Shown piece after piece: positions 14,189 to 26,670 of a stretch of 64,000 nt of DNA. A program made the position numbers and the translations under genes. The notes under the pieces were generated by a model. It saw nothing but the letters and a program-made list of their open reading frames with translations, had not been told where the DNA came from and made no database searches. The stretch spans positions 2,108,001 through 2,172,000 of the forward strand of contig NC_081332.1 of the NCBI RefSeq assembly GCF_022539665.2. The letters are read 5' to 3'. The DNA is from Daphnia carinata (taxonomy: Eukaryota). Within the stretch, counting starts at the first letter, position 1; each line of letters opens with the position of its first letter.

Positions 14189-14386
14189 TAACGGCGTTCA
14201 TTTGACTGAATGACAAATTCTATATGAAACACGGAAGTTACTTTTGGCCTTTTAGTTTCTTTTCTAGGATTATCAAAGATCTTCGTCCTCCTAAAACGCG
14301 TCGAGTTTTTTTATTATTTGAAAATTGAGTTTTGTTCACGAAGAGTTTTCATTTATTGCCGCGGCCATTATACGTTCTCTATGCAT

Positions 14387-15682
14387 TCATTCGTCTTCCT
14401 CAAAGTCGACGTCCGCTGGGCACTACAATACAGATAAATGGAGCGCATCATTGAACGACGGAATTTCGCGGAAAAAATGTCAAAATAATGGACTTACGTA
14501 AAAATCAATGTAACAGTTGTGATTATCTTCTACTTTGATCATGAACTGAAAACAAAGTAGTCCCGTATCGTCTATGCGTAGCGATACCTTTTGCGCTATT
14601 CCAAGTGGTCTGATAGATGGTTTCATCAAGGAAAGCTTATATCTAAAGTTCAAATGTTCTTAATACACTATTCAAGATTTTAATAATTGTTTCATACTTA
14701 AAGGATACCGGAGATGTGCAACGAAGACTTTCGATAACATCACTTGCCTTTGGAATATCAACCTTTGCATCCAAAGGGTATTAGAATTGAACAGCTATAT
14801 TCTTACTATAATATATCTCACGTGGTAGGTTCCTGAATGGCCAAACGTAGTGATCCGAAAATTAGCGGAATCAGGAGTCATCGAAAACTGAACACAATCG
14901 CTGGTCGAATCGAGCTCGCAGAATACCTCTAGTTTCATTAGGAATTTGGTAATATGGTGATCTATAGGAATTAAGCATTTGTATGTACAATATGGCAGGT
15001 TACCTTTTAGACATTCTGAGCTCATTATGATACGGCCAACTACATTAGAAGTGCCAAAATCGTAATCCAAAACTGGGTCGAAATGAACTGTGCGTATTTT
15101 ACAGTCAGTAATGACACCAGATTCCTCAAGCCTATGAAAACGAACTAGATTAATATTAATGCAAGAAGATTCGTTTTAAGGGCTATGTAGATACAAGATT
15201 GAGACAGGAGTTCCATGACCATTATAATAAAGCTTCAAGGCTGGTGAAGTGCCGCTTTGGAGGCCACTGGAACCAAAAACGTTCAAGCATTCCAGTAGAA
15301 CAGTTAGGTTAAGTTGAAATTTTATCTCTTCTTCTTTTACAACGTAACTCTAATTACTAAAAGTCAGAACAGGCTAATGAAAAACAATTTATTTTTTCTC
15401 TTACTTGGAAAATTCCTGGCTCAATGAAAGCATTCAGTTGAACACTTTTCATATCTTCAACAGTAACTTTCAACCCATCTTTCGTGCAGCAAAACACGGA
15501 ATTCTAGATGATTGGGAAAACATTTTTTGGATTATGTGAATTAAACACATACTTTCCTGACCCACATGGTATTAGTACTGACAAACTAATACCTCTTTAA
15601 AATTGATGGCTTTGAGTATATGAGAAATGATCTTAGCATTATCCATACGGATCATCAAGACATGATTTTGTTCTACAGACAT
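14387..15682 (-). CDS. RAD1: Cell-cycle checkpoint protein RAD1 (9-1-1 clamp subunit); multi-exon
   Basis: Starts MSVEQNHVLMIRMDNAKIISHILKAINFKE. Internal exons include DGLKVTVEDMKSVQLNAF, FQLNLTVLLECLNVFG, LEESGVITDCKIRTVHFDPVLDYDF, VFCELDSTSDCVQFSMTPDSANFRITTFGHSG and YKLSLMKPSIRPLGIAQKVSLRIDDTGLLCFQFMI. Ends YIDFY|CPADVDFEEDE*. Canonical splice sites on the minus strand. Confidence 0.9.
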
Positions 15683-16493
15683 ATTTTGGGACGAGAAGTG
15701 TGGCATGATGAATGTATCAAATTGCTGAATTTCAAAGTGACTTGTCTTTGGTAGCTGTAAAAATTCCCAAAGGTCACTAGCTGACAAACTTCCAGCAAGT
15801 GCTTTAGTCATGAACAGCTTGTGCAATAAGGAGATAAGCTTTGCGATCGAGATCGATGCAAATCTGTAGAAATTGTTAGAGGAATGGCACAACAATTTGT
15901 AAGAAAATTGTCAAATGTTACTAGGTTGAAAACTGAGAAACATTTCCTGCCAAATATTTGCTGAGAAATATACATCCAAGTGCCAGAATCACTTTGTTTT
16001 CTCTTGTTATGCTAAATGTTCTTGCACATGAATGAAAACCGAAATTGAAGTTTAAACCTTGAAAAACCCGCTGCCGGTTTGTGGGATTTCGAACCGAAAA
16101 TTGTTGTTTATTATTAAACAGAAACATTGCGGCGTTGTACAACGCGAGTTCAGAGAACTTTGAAGATAGGAAATTCAGAAGTATGTTCTACGCTTGGTTT
16201 TGTGAAGCGACACAAGCGCTACCTCTAACAAGTTTATCCAATAATTTTGTTGAAGTATTAAACACCACCAAAAATTGAAAAAACTTATCGAGTAATCAAG
16301 TAGTCAAAAATTGAAATATTGGATACATAAGACAACAAATAATATAGCAAAAATGTATTGTATGGGGGTCGAGGAACTTGAAGAGGAGTGCCAAAACTGA
16401 ACACTAGTGTCGTTGTTGTGGCGATCGACGCATGTACCAAGTTCGGTACCGCCTGAGTTGGCGGTGTCTATTGAAAGGGGAACAGTTCTCTTT

Positions 16494-18699
16494 CACGTGC
16501 GCCGAGCAACGTGATAACAGATACAGACAAAAACTAGCCAAAACGTCTTTTCTTTGCCGGACGTTACGAGTGAAGTGAAGTGCAAAACGGTTGCGACTAA
16601 GTATGTGTGCAATCGAGATTCGATTGTTTGATTTACCGGCATCAAAAACCCAGTAACTCGGCACGTAGACCACAGCAAGCAGCAGTAGCTTCGGCGCCCC
16701 AAACGCGAAGGCAAAAATCGGTGACGCCCATTTTGGTGACGTCATCGCTGGGACACGTGTAGCCTGGTGCCTCACTTGAAGTGCGTAGTTTTTCTCGATA
16801 ATATTATCTTGTGTTGTAGTGTTAGTTTCCAAACGTCACTTTATCGAACAACACGGCTTTTTCTTAGTAAATTTGATTTCAGAGATTAATAAGTTTCGTA
16901 CTTGGTTGATACGTAAATCAGGCAAACAAAGAAGCATTTTCCTCTTCACTTAAAAGTTTTCTTTTGCTAGAACTATAGAGAGCCTTCTCAAGGCCGCCAG
17001 CCTCGGGCCAAAATGGAACGAGTACTGAAATCCAAAAGCGAATGACCCTGTGTATGTGCGTGCGTCTGTGTGAATTTTATTTTTTCATTTGACTTTTATG
17101 CAATGTGTATCCTGGATGTTATCGTTTGAATGTTGTTCCACTCTAGGTTAAAACTGATTCATTCTTCTTGGTCCATAGGTCTAAAACCCATCAGCTGGTG
17201 GTTGTCCAACAATGAGCTTGGAGATTCTCCTGGAAGCCGCTCTGTTTGTGGAGCGACAAACCCAAGGTAAATGTTTTTGCCCAAGTTAATACTTTCCGTT
17301 CCAACTAGAAACAGGCACAAGCCTAAAACTTGATAACCGCAGTTGATTGCAGAATTGCAATATCATGCTTCCCAGAATCTTTGTCCTGTCTTGGCTGTTT
17401 AGGCTTGCTGAAAAGGCTATGTGGAACCAAGATCATGGCAATTCATATCATGGTTTATGTTACAGAGTTGAAAAAATGAGCTCATCAACCTTTCAGTTTT
17501 GGCCTCCGAATCTTCAATTACCTCCGCCAGGTGCCTCTAGTCGACCGTGTCGAGCCTTTATTTATTTATTTTCTCTCCTCTCTCTTTCCAACGTCACTAC
17601 GGTCAACGAGAATGTCGACATCGATTGTTGACCTCGATCTCGACGATGGGAGGGCCTGCGCATTGGCGTTTGACGTTGGCAACAGTCCATTCAAATCAGC
17701 TCCTCCTCCCCCCTCATTTTCCAAGGCAAAAGTAAGTAAAGAACCAAGCCGGGAAGGGAGCGACGTAGGAGCGATCTATTTGCGCAACTGCGAATCTGCG
17801 AGAGTGGCTGTGTGTGCGTGCGCGGGTAACACGCCGGAATAGATCCGAAAAAAGAGAGGAAAAGCACGACCGAATTCGGTTTCCCAACCCGCACGTGCTG
17901 AGCAGTGTGGACAGGCAAACCCCGACCATACTGAGAAGGGTGGGTGGTGGTGGTGGCCGCGTGCATTGTAGAGCGGATGAGGAGATCGAGAGCTAGATAG
18001 AGAAGGGGAGAGAGTCCGGGAGTGAAAACAAAGTCGTCGCACGCAGCCAACGACATGGCTGATTATATAAGAGAGTGGAGAGGGTGGGGAGAGCGTGCGG
18101 TAACGGGTGGTGGGAGATCGAACTCATGCCGTAGTGTGGCCGCAACGGATACTGGCTCACCAGTCTACGATCGAAGGTCGGACTGAGCAGAGAGAACGTT
18201 TTTATTTGTGTCGGTCTGTGTGTGTGTGTGTGGTTTGCGCGCGCATCGTGTGGTACGACGTCATTACGATGTGGACTTTTTGATATACTATGCGTTGACT
18301 GTTGAATGCGACAAAATTCAACCACTTTCAACCCCGTGTTTTCGTCATTATTTGAAACGAAATTTTGCTTCGAGTTAACTGGCGGATGGTGAATGAATCA
18401 ACTTGCCTTAAGTTACAATCGATGGTCATGGGGGTGTTTGCGACAGATGAGTTGATGGGTCGTAGCAACACCATGACATCGGCACCTAAAAAGAAATGGA
18501 TTCAACATTACATGCAAGGTATCACAGAACGCACAAGGTCCGTTTTTTTTTCTTCCGACGAAATGATGCAACCGGTCGAAGGGCATTTGGTTTTTTCTTG
18601 CTTCGCGATCTTCGTCTTGGGCAATGGGCCAGGGAAAGGGACGCAATTTTTTTTTTTTGTGCGGAGTCCATTGATCTGAGCACGTGAACATCTCACGTG
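16494..18699. promoter_or_regulatory. Mnt upstream/first-intron region with clustered canonical E-boxes and a CRE
   Basis: CACGTG at 16494, 16754, 17892, 18681 and 18694; TGACGTCA at 16737-16744. The region is shared with the divergently oriented RAD1. Confidence 0.5.
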
Positions 18700-21600
18700 C
18701 TATTCCATCACAGGCCTTTTCGGATGGGGCCAAATCGACGGGAGGTTTGGGTGGGGAGGGGGCCCTACTTTTTTTGTTTTTCTCCTCTTCCTTTCCTTCT
18801 AGTCATTCCCTCTACGTGCCCAGTTCTCTCCTGGCTGATCAATCTACGCTCTGTGTCTCTGCCCTCGTCAAGGCCAGGCTGAGCTCAGGGACGTTTGATG
18901 CTTTCCAAGAACTGTTTCTTGGCTTATCCGGCCCTGGTAGGTGACCGATAAGGACGGAAGGGAATTCTGTTTTGTATTTTTTTTTTTTATTCCTTTTTGT
19001 ATATTATTTTTTGGCCGATGTTCAGCCAGTCATGCTGCTACGTTTCTAAAACGTTCTTGTTTCTTATTTTGTCCTTGTTGTTCTTTTTTGTTTTTTTTAG
19101 GCGAAGAGCCCAATGGACAGCCGGACCACACACTCATCGGCGAAGATGTCGGCACTAAATTAGTTTACAATTCAAGCGGATCTGCCCTTCGCATAGATGA
19201 GACTACGTCGTCTGTTATCAACAACGGGGCTTACTCGCTGGACCATCCGCACGTCACCAGCGTTATCCAGCGATCGGGACCGTCGCCTCCGTCTTCTTCC
19301 TCTTACGCCGCAATCGGTTCGCGTCATGCTGCGGCTTTTTATTCGTACCAGCAGACAAGAAGCCGATCGCCGAGTCCAGCTCGCGGTGCCCACTGCAACG
19401 GATCCGTGAATGTCGCCAATGGACAACGGACAGCAGCCGCTTCGCCATTACATTCCCATTCCGTTTCCAACGGCAGTTCTGCGGCTTCGTCGCAACGGTC
19501 GTACCAATCGTCTCCCAAGATGCAGGACGCGGAGCCGTTCGCGCAACAACCGAGCGGCTATCTCAACAGCGTGGCCTCTTCGTCGAACCATCATTCCTCC
19601 TCGTCGTCTTCTACCTCCTCTTCGACCCATCCCTCTTTTCCCAGGGTAGACGACCTGGCCTCGAGGAGTCACCGCTTGGAAGAAGCCTTGCTGCGGGCCA
19701 GCCGAAAAAGTCCTCCCATGCCACTGCAGACGTCCCTTCCCGCGGCCACGGCCGTAGCTGCGTCCTCCTCTTCGTCGTCGTCATCCTCGTCGGCCACGGC
19801 GGCCCATTTCAACGCGGCAAACAGCGGCAGGACGTCGGCCGATGAGCTTCTCGAGCTGAAGAAACGCAGCGGGTAAATGCCGTTTTTCTTCCTAAGTTTG
19901 TTATTCTAGTTTCTTTGATTTTTCGTTAGTAGATTTAAAAACATAAAAAAGAGAGTTCCCATTTTTGGGAAGGGTAGAAAAGAAGTTGAAACAAAAAAAA
20001 ACGAGATGGTGAAAGTTAACTGGATGTTAATTGAACAAACAGGGCGGGGACGCGTGAAGTTCACAACAAGTTGGAGAAAAATCGCCGGGCCCACTTGCGT
20101 GAATGTTTTGAGTTTCTACGGAAACAGCTGCCGGCCATCGACGACAAGAAGCTATCGAATCTTGGCATCCTCAAGAGCGCCCTGCGCCATATCCAGGTAA
20201 AAACGCGGGCGTTCATCTCAACACAACAGCTGCTAACCAGTATGTTCAATGTCACACACTCCACACAAGGAGATGTTTGTTTGCTTGTCTAGGCGAATAG
20301 TCTTCTTGTAGACGGTGCGATGAACAGAAACGAGCTTTGCTTGTCGTTTCTTTTTCCTTTTTTTTTTAAAGGGGACCCTTTGGGCTAAACACGCACGAAC
20401 CGAGTGTGCACATTATCAGGGGTTATGGAACGAAACACTTGCAAGGTCTATGATATCAAGTTATTTACCGCCGCCTCTGATAGAGGAAAAAAACGAGAGC
20501 TTGTATGGGTTTTCCTCCGTTTGCGATGACGAAAACATTTAGGTGTCGATCGATCTTTTTAAGAGAAAAAAAAAATCTTGTTTTTCTAAAGGTTTTTGGA
20601 TTTTTATTCGATGACCTCGATAGGTTCGAAAGATTGTTGCGTGCATGGCTTCCGCCTCTGTAGGCGCAATTCAGTCAAACATCGTATGTGCGATGGATCG
20701 TCGATTGGTTTTATCCCGATGCGCAGGCGGGGCGCCGGAGAAAGCTGTGCTTGCACCTGGCGACAGTTTCCATGAGAACAGTTTTTTCGTATTTAGCAGA
20801 ATAGATAGAAAGGAAAGAAAAAAGTTTAAATGGATTTTCCCAGATGTTGATTCGGGGGGGGGGGGGGGCAATCAGCAAAAAGAGTCCTAAGTCGTGTGTA
20901 TGGGGGCGTCGATGCTTGTCCTTGATCGCTGGGGCTATGAATAGTCAGCAGCGCTTGCTTGCTTACCTATGTGCATCGCGATGGATAAAAGGATTGGGAA
21001 AGGGGGAGGGGGGAGGGATGTCGGTCGGTTGGTGTTGCTGTTCGTACGTGACGTCTAGCAACGAGCAGCGCTAGGGGAACCTATACACGCTGCCGTGTGT
21101 ACGTGTGTGTGTGTCTTGGTAGCACCCAAAATAATTTCTTGCAGCATTCTGCAATGGCTTGACAACAGAGACAAAGAAGCTGCGGGTGAGGCTGTTTGGG
21201 GAAACTGAGTATCACGCAGCTCAAAAACGGCGTGATACAACGGGTGATCGCCTCCCTACCCAACAAAAGTTTTAAAAAATGCAGGGGTATTTTATTTATG
21301 TAATTTTTTGTTTTTAACTTTTGGCCGTTTTTTTGTTTTTTTTGCAATCTGTAAGGCCATGAGACGATCAGTTATCGCGTTGTTTTGTTTGTTTTGAAAT
21401 TTTTAGATTTGGTTATTTTTGTTGTTGTTGTTTGTTTTCACATTTGTTTTCCTCTCGTCTTTTGAATAGCTCAATAGTTGGGGGGGGGGGCATAAAAAGA
21501 AAAGAGAAAGCTAGGTGGGATCACTGGTATATTGGCCGACTTGGTAGTTGCCAGGGCGACGTTGCCGTTCTTTTTCCTATAGACTTTCTGCGTGGGGGCA

Positions 21601-24600
21601 GCAACTGGACGGATATAGCGCGGTGTCGAAGCCTATCGATCGGAGTTTTCCATCTCCTTAACGCTACGTTGGGACTGTAAAACTAGCGAAAACCCAAGGA
21701 AATAGGGAAGTCAAATATTTCTTTTGAAGCCCCTCCAATTTTTGGCCAAACTTCTCCCATCGTCGCATTTAAATTCGAATTCGTTTTTTTTTTTTTTGTA
21801 AATACGCCAACATTTTCTTTTTAACAGTTTGAGGGGCGGAGTTTAGATTTCTTTCTGCTTTCAGATGCGGTTTTTCGTTTGTGGTTTCGTGTTCGTTCCC
21901 TTTCATTTTTTTCAAAAATTTATTTTTATGTATTTTTTTTTTTTTTTTTGAGATTGGATCGATCATCTGACCTTGCCTTATCATCCTGAATTGTATTCTC
22001 CCTTGATAGCGATTATAGTCTGGAGAGAAAGTGGCGGTTCGTCGACTTGTTTGTTCCTCCATTTTCAGATGTGTGTGTGTAGTACGCAAGGACCTTGGAA
22101 CTGGTTTACTGTTGGACCACATTTTCAATATGGGTCCGCCTTTCTCTTGGCGTCCAAAATGAACCGGTCTTTTTTTTTCATCATGCCCTTTGCCTTTACG
22201 TCCACTCCAGCTTTACTTTCAACGTAGGGGTTGGTTTATTAAGTGCAACCTATTTTGTCCAACAACTCGTTTTTTTTTTTTTTTTTTTTTTTCCTCCGCG
22301 CTCATTCCGGTTTCATTTCAAATAAATGGAGATACAAGCAAGTCGAGAGAAAACAGAAGATCCCAAATTGCCTGGAAAAAAATCGTCACAGAGCGGAAGC
22401 TTAATCTAAGGGATGACATGGACTAAATATAAACTATGACGGCGACGGTGTCCACGTGATGCTCACTCTCCCCCAACAAATTCGACTCGTAAGCCACTTC
22501 AAGAATTTTTTTGGCGTCCGTGTTCTCAGTGAACTTTGCCCATTTTTTTTTCTTCCCTTTTCTTTATGGCCAGCCACAAATGACACGTTCTAATGATTTC
22601 GCCATTCCGGTCTAGCATTTGAGGGGAATGCAAAACTTTTTTTTCTCTCTCGATCGGGTTTCCAGCGCATCGGGTGGACACGTTATGTCTTAGTCAATCG
22701 TCGTTCTTGCGTGCATACGCACATGTATGATACACCTAAAAAATTGTTGGGACAGGCAAAAGCTTCTTTTTCGCAAATTAACCATCAAAACTGATCGTCC
22801 GCCAAAGCCGTTGCTATGAACGTTTCATATATTCACGCAGCACGTAAAGAAAAGAGAGAAGCTTTGGGTTGGGTCGGTTAGTTTGTGTGTGACCGTATTG
22901 GCGCTGTGCCACGTACACTGCCTTCGTTTCATGCCCGACTGTACATCCTTATACATTCAAATGGATCTTTCTTTGTTTTGTTTTTTCCCCCCAAGATGTT
23001 GTGTCCTTAACAGAAAACGGTTTTCTGTTTTGTCTAGACACTGAAAAGGAAAGAACGTGAATATGAGCACACGATGGAACGACTCGCGCGCGAAAAAATT
23101 GCCGCCCAGCAGCGATTGGCTGCTTTACGCAAAGAAGTGCCGAGCATTCCGGGCTATAGTGGCGATGCCGGTTCGCTGGATCTGACCAGTGTCGTACCCG
23201 TTGTCCTGCACAGCCAGCAGGTCCAGATGATCCATCAAAGTGAACGTGATTCGCCGTTGACGTTCGCCAACGTCCAGGCGCACACGATTCGCGAAGAGAA
23301 TCATTACCGCTTGTCTGGGGGCGCTAGTAGCAGCAGCCGGACTCGCGACGGAGATCAAGAAAGCAATTCCGGTACGTCTACGGCCTCTGAGGGTGGTGAT
23401 GCTAGTGACGGTGAAGCACCAACAGCGGACGGGTACGCTCAACGACGTGCTGCTGCTGCTGCTGCACGACCTCCTACAACAGAACAATTATTAACGACCG
23501 CCAGTCAGGCCAACGGGAGACCATTGCCCGCCTCTCCCGTTCCGGGTTCGCTGAAACGTCCGCACGCCGTTGTAACTAATGGCGGCGGTGCGGAAGAGCT
23601 TGGATCCAGCGAGGCGGACCATTCCCGGCCGCACATTAGGTACGTGCGCGCTTCCACGGCGACGACCTCGTTGGCGTACGCGACGACGACGACAATGTCC
23701 CATCCGGCCGCCACGTATGTCACTATGGTGCCGACGACAGCCGGGGGCGTCCTGGAGCTGACGGGCGTCCCTATTGAGACGAGGGAAGGTGCCGCCACGA
23801 TGCCTGGTGGAGGTACGGCGCTTTATCACGTCCGTCATCCGGCCATGTCGTCGGCCATCGCCTTCGCCACCTCGGCAACTGGACATCACGTCCAGCTAGC
23901 CACGCCACAAGTTCTGGCCGCTCACCATGGCGTCCAGCTGCTCACTCATGGCCCATCGCTCAAACTGCTGACTGCCGGACCGACGACCGGTTCTGTGCGA
24001 GTAATTGCAGCCAGCGACGTTTCTACCTCATTGCAGCCTTTGATGGCTGTGCACACCACTTCTTCCGTTACGGGTAATTTAATTAGATCTTATCACATGT
24101 ACCGATTGAATGTACTTCTTGTTGCCTTTCCGTATTGTAGGTAGCAAAAATAGCGAAGAAATCGCTGCGTCCTTGCTGAACGGAACTGCGGCGACGTCGA
24201 CATCAGGAACTGTCTTTTGTACTCCGTCCGGTGTAGTGATACCGAGTTTGGTAGCCTTGCCACCCACGGAAGCATCAGCAAGCAACAATAGTAATAGCAG
24301 CAGCAGCAGTAGTAGTTTGCCGACAAATTATGAGCTGCCACGTGTCACCACTTCCGTATCGACTCATTTGAAAAATTCGTCCACTATTCCTAATAGTTCT
24401 GCAGGTATATTTTGCTAGCGATCTCTTAATTTACGTGCCGTGCGTCCTTAACATTGATCTTTGGCTTTCCCGTTCTGTTGCTCACAGTATTGAGTTTACC
24501 CAACGGATTGCTGAAAGCGACGGTTAGTCGCTCGTTGCAACCGGTGACGACCGCAGGTACAAAAAAAAAATGGATAGATAAATAAACAAGAGATTATTAT

Positions 24601-25082
24601 GAGTCTGGTTTGATTGTGGAATTTTTATTTATAGGTGTGGCACACGTCATGACGCCGATAGCCGTCACGCGGTCTCTACCTCTGGTCACCAATATGGCCG
24701 TTGTGGGGCAACCAGCAAAGCACGTTGCCCATATTCTGACCAATTCCTCCTTGGACAAGGTGATTCATTGTTTTTAACTACGATTTTTACTTAATGCATT
24801 AATCGGTTTGTTTAATTTCATTAATTTCAAATCAAAATTTAAAAAAAATGATACATATAAAAACGAAAGATGGGACTGCTGAAATCCGGATCGATACCCA
24901 TCATTGGCGGACAGTATTTGACTCCGGCGACTGGCAGGCATCTTATAAAGCCCGTAGTGGTCGTGGCCGCTTCACCATCAACGTCGCCGACGACAACACA
25001 AGTTGTTGTAGCGCCGCGTGACGGATCGACCACGGCCAACGCTCGTCCATCCACCCCTCAGACAAAGTACCCTCCGACGTAG
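17212..25082 (+). CDS. Mnt: MAX-network transcriptional repressor Mnt (SID + bHLH-Zip); coding exons ~17212-17266, 19101-19872, 20043-20196, 23038-24073, 24141-24404, 24488-24556, 24635-24759, 24870-25082
   Basis: N-terminal Sin3-interaction motif MSLEILLEAALFVE. Basic-HLH GTREVHNKLEKNRRAHLRECFEFLRKQLPAIDDKKLSNLGILKSALRHIQ, zipper TLKRKEREYEHTMERLAREKIAAQQRLAALRKE, C-terminal IKPVVVV. All junctions are GT-AG with compatible phases. Confidence 0.93.
18473..18518 (+). CDS. Mnt: Probable alternative first coding exon of Mnt (MTSAPKKKWIQHYMQ-), lacking the SID
   Basis: ATG at 18473, with in-frame upstream ATGs possible. Ends at CAAG|GTATC in phase 1, the same phase as the SID exon and the 19101 acceptor. 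Confidence 0.6.
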
Positions 25083-26469
25083 GAAATCGATCCCTTTTGT
25101 CCCCCCCCCCTTCTCTTTATTTTTTTCAATCATTATTCGCCTTTTTGTTCGTCTTGAGACGGGCGCGGGGAGGAGCACACCAACTCGAGTACAAGCCATA
25201 GATTTAATTAACATACAAATTATCAATAAATTTACAAAAAATTCATTTCACTTTTTCTTGTTCCCTTAGCCAATCATCCGCCGAATGATTTTCCTTTTTT
25301 TGATTGTGGTCATTTAACACACACACACACAGAGTGTCTAACTCGCTGGGAGATTGAATCGTTTATTATTCTTGTCCTTTTTCCTCTTGTTTTTGATTTT
25401 GATTTTTTTTTTGGTTTTTTTTTTTTTTGGTAAAAATTCAGTGTGACTGTGTGTGTGTCTTCATTTGTTTGTTTGAGAGATTCGTGCAGATTGTATCTCT
25501 CCTCTAGGACGAACATCTTTATTTTTTATTTTTCCTCTTTTTAATAGCATGTTGTGCTTTGTTAAATTTATTTATTATTATTTTTTCTTGACCCCCTATT
25601 GAGTTTCTTATTCTCTCTGGCTAAAAGTTAACCCTGTGTGTGTTTCGCGCAGAGAATAAAAAAAAAAAGAAAAAAAAGGAAACGTAAGAAACAAAAACAA
25701 CAAAACAAAATGAAAGCAAACAAAAGATCCTCCCTTAAAAGCAAATTCAGTTAAAAACTAATTGTGGTGCTCGACAAATCTCTGCCGAATTGGTCGCACG
25801 TTAAATAGATTTTCTTAGGATATAAATTGACATTGCTCGACGACTCGAGACGGTATCAAGAGCGATCGAAGATGGCGATCTTTGGACTATTTGATTAGAC
25901 ACAATTTATACATACAACTGTTGTACGACTGGGAATCAATTTTTGTTGTTATCAATGAACGTGTACATAGTGGACTAAACCGTCTTGTTTTTCTTCTTCT
26001 CTTTCCTCGCGTTTGTTCTCTTCAATTCTAAATCTTCAGTGTTTCCTCTGGCGTTTTTTGCGAATTGTATTTTATAGGCATATTGCAGCCTCTTCTTTAC
26101 CCTCCCAATTAGTGCAGATTCTCCCTACCCTCTCCAAAATATTTCCATCTCCTTTGTTTGTTTGTTTTTTCACTGATCGTGTTTTGTTCTCTATTGTGGT
26201 TGAGTGTATTATGTTTATTATTAGACATGTAAATACAATCAGTAATGTATTTCCGCCATCTTTCGTGAACGTCAAATGTTTCAATCCTTGAAGAGTGCGT
26301 CCATGAAAACAGCTGACTAGCACATGGCGGCAGCCGTTCGTTGGCGTCAGCAGCCTAGTCGATGTCGTCTCATTTGTAATACAGTAAAATCCTCTTGTTA
26401 AGCCTGATCAAAAACTAATAGGCTAGACTTCTTCATTCTCCCAAGAATCCGCCAGACGCTAGTGGAACA

Positions 26470-26670
26470 CGTTATATTGAACAATACGGCACGTTTTCAC
26501 TTTAGGGTTCCCTTATATTTCAAGTAAGTAATGAATTTAAGCATGTCAACCACGATGCAGAACGTCGTTAGACTCCACTTTCTCGTTAATTCTTATAGAC
26601 TATTCTCTAGTTTGCCATTTCTATTGGTAATCATATAGATATCCTCTTCTGCCACCTCGTGGCAACGTAC
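26470..26670 (+). repeat. Diverged outer left arm segment, inverted copy of ~37275-37470
   Basis: caagtaagtaatgaatttaagcatgtcaaccacgatgcagaacg mirrors cgttctgcatcatggttgacatgcttaaattcattacttacttg; identity is visibly lower than in the inner arms. Confidence 0.85.

Noticed and set aside
26531..26545. TGAATTTAAGCAT resembling the 5' part of 28S rRNA
   Set aside because: The match is only ~13 nt and the flanks show no rRNA similarity.
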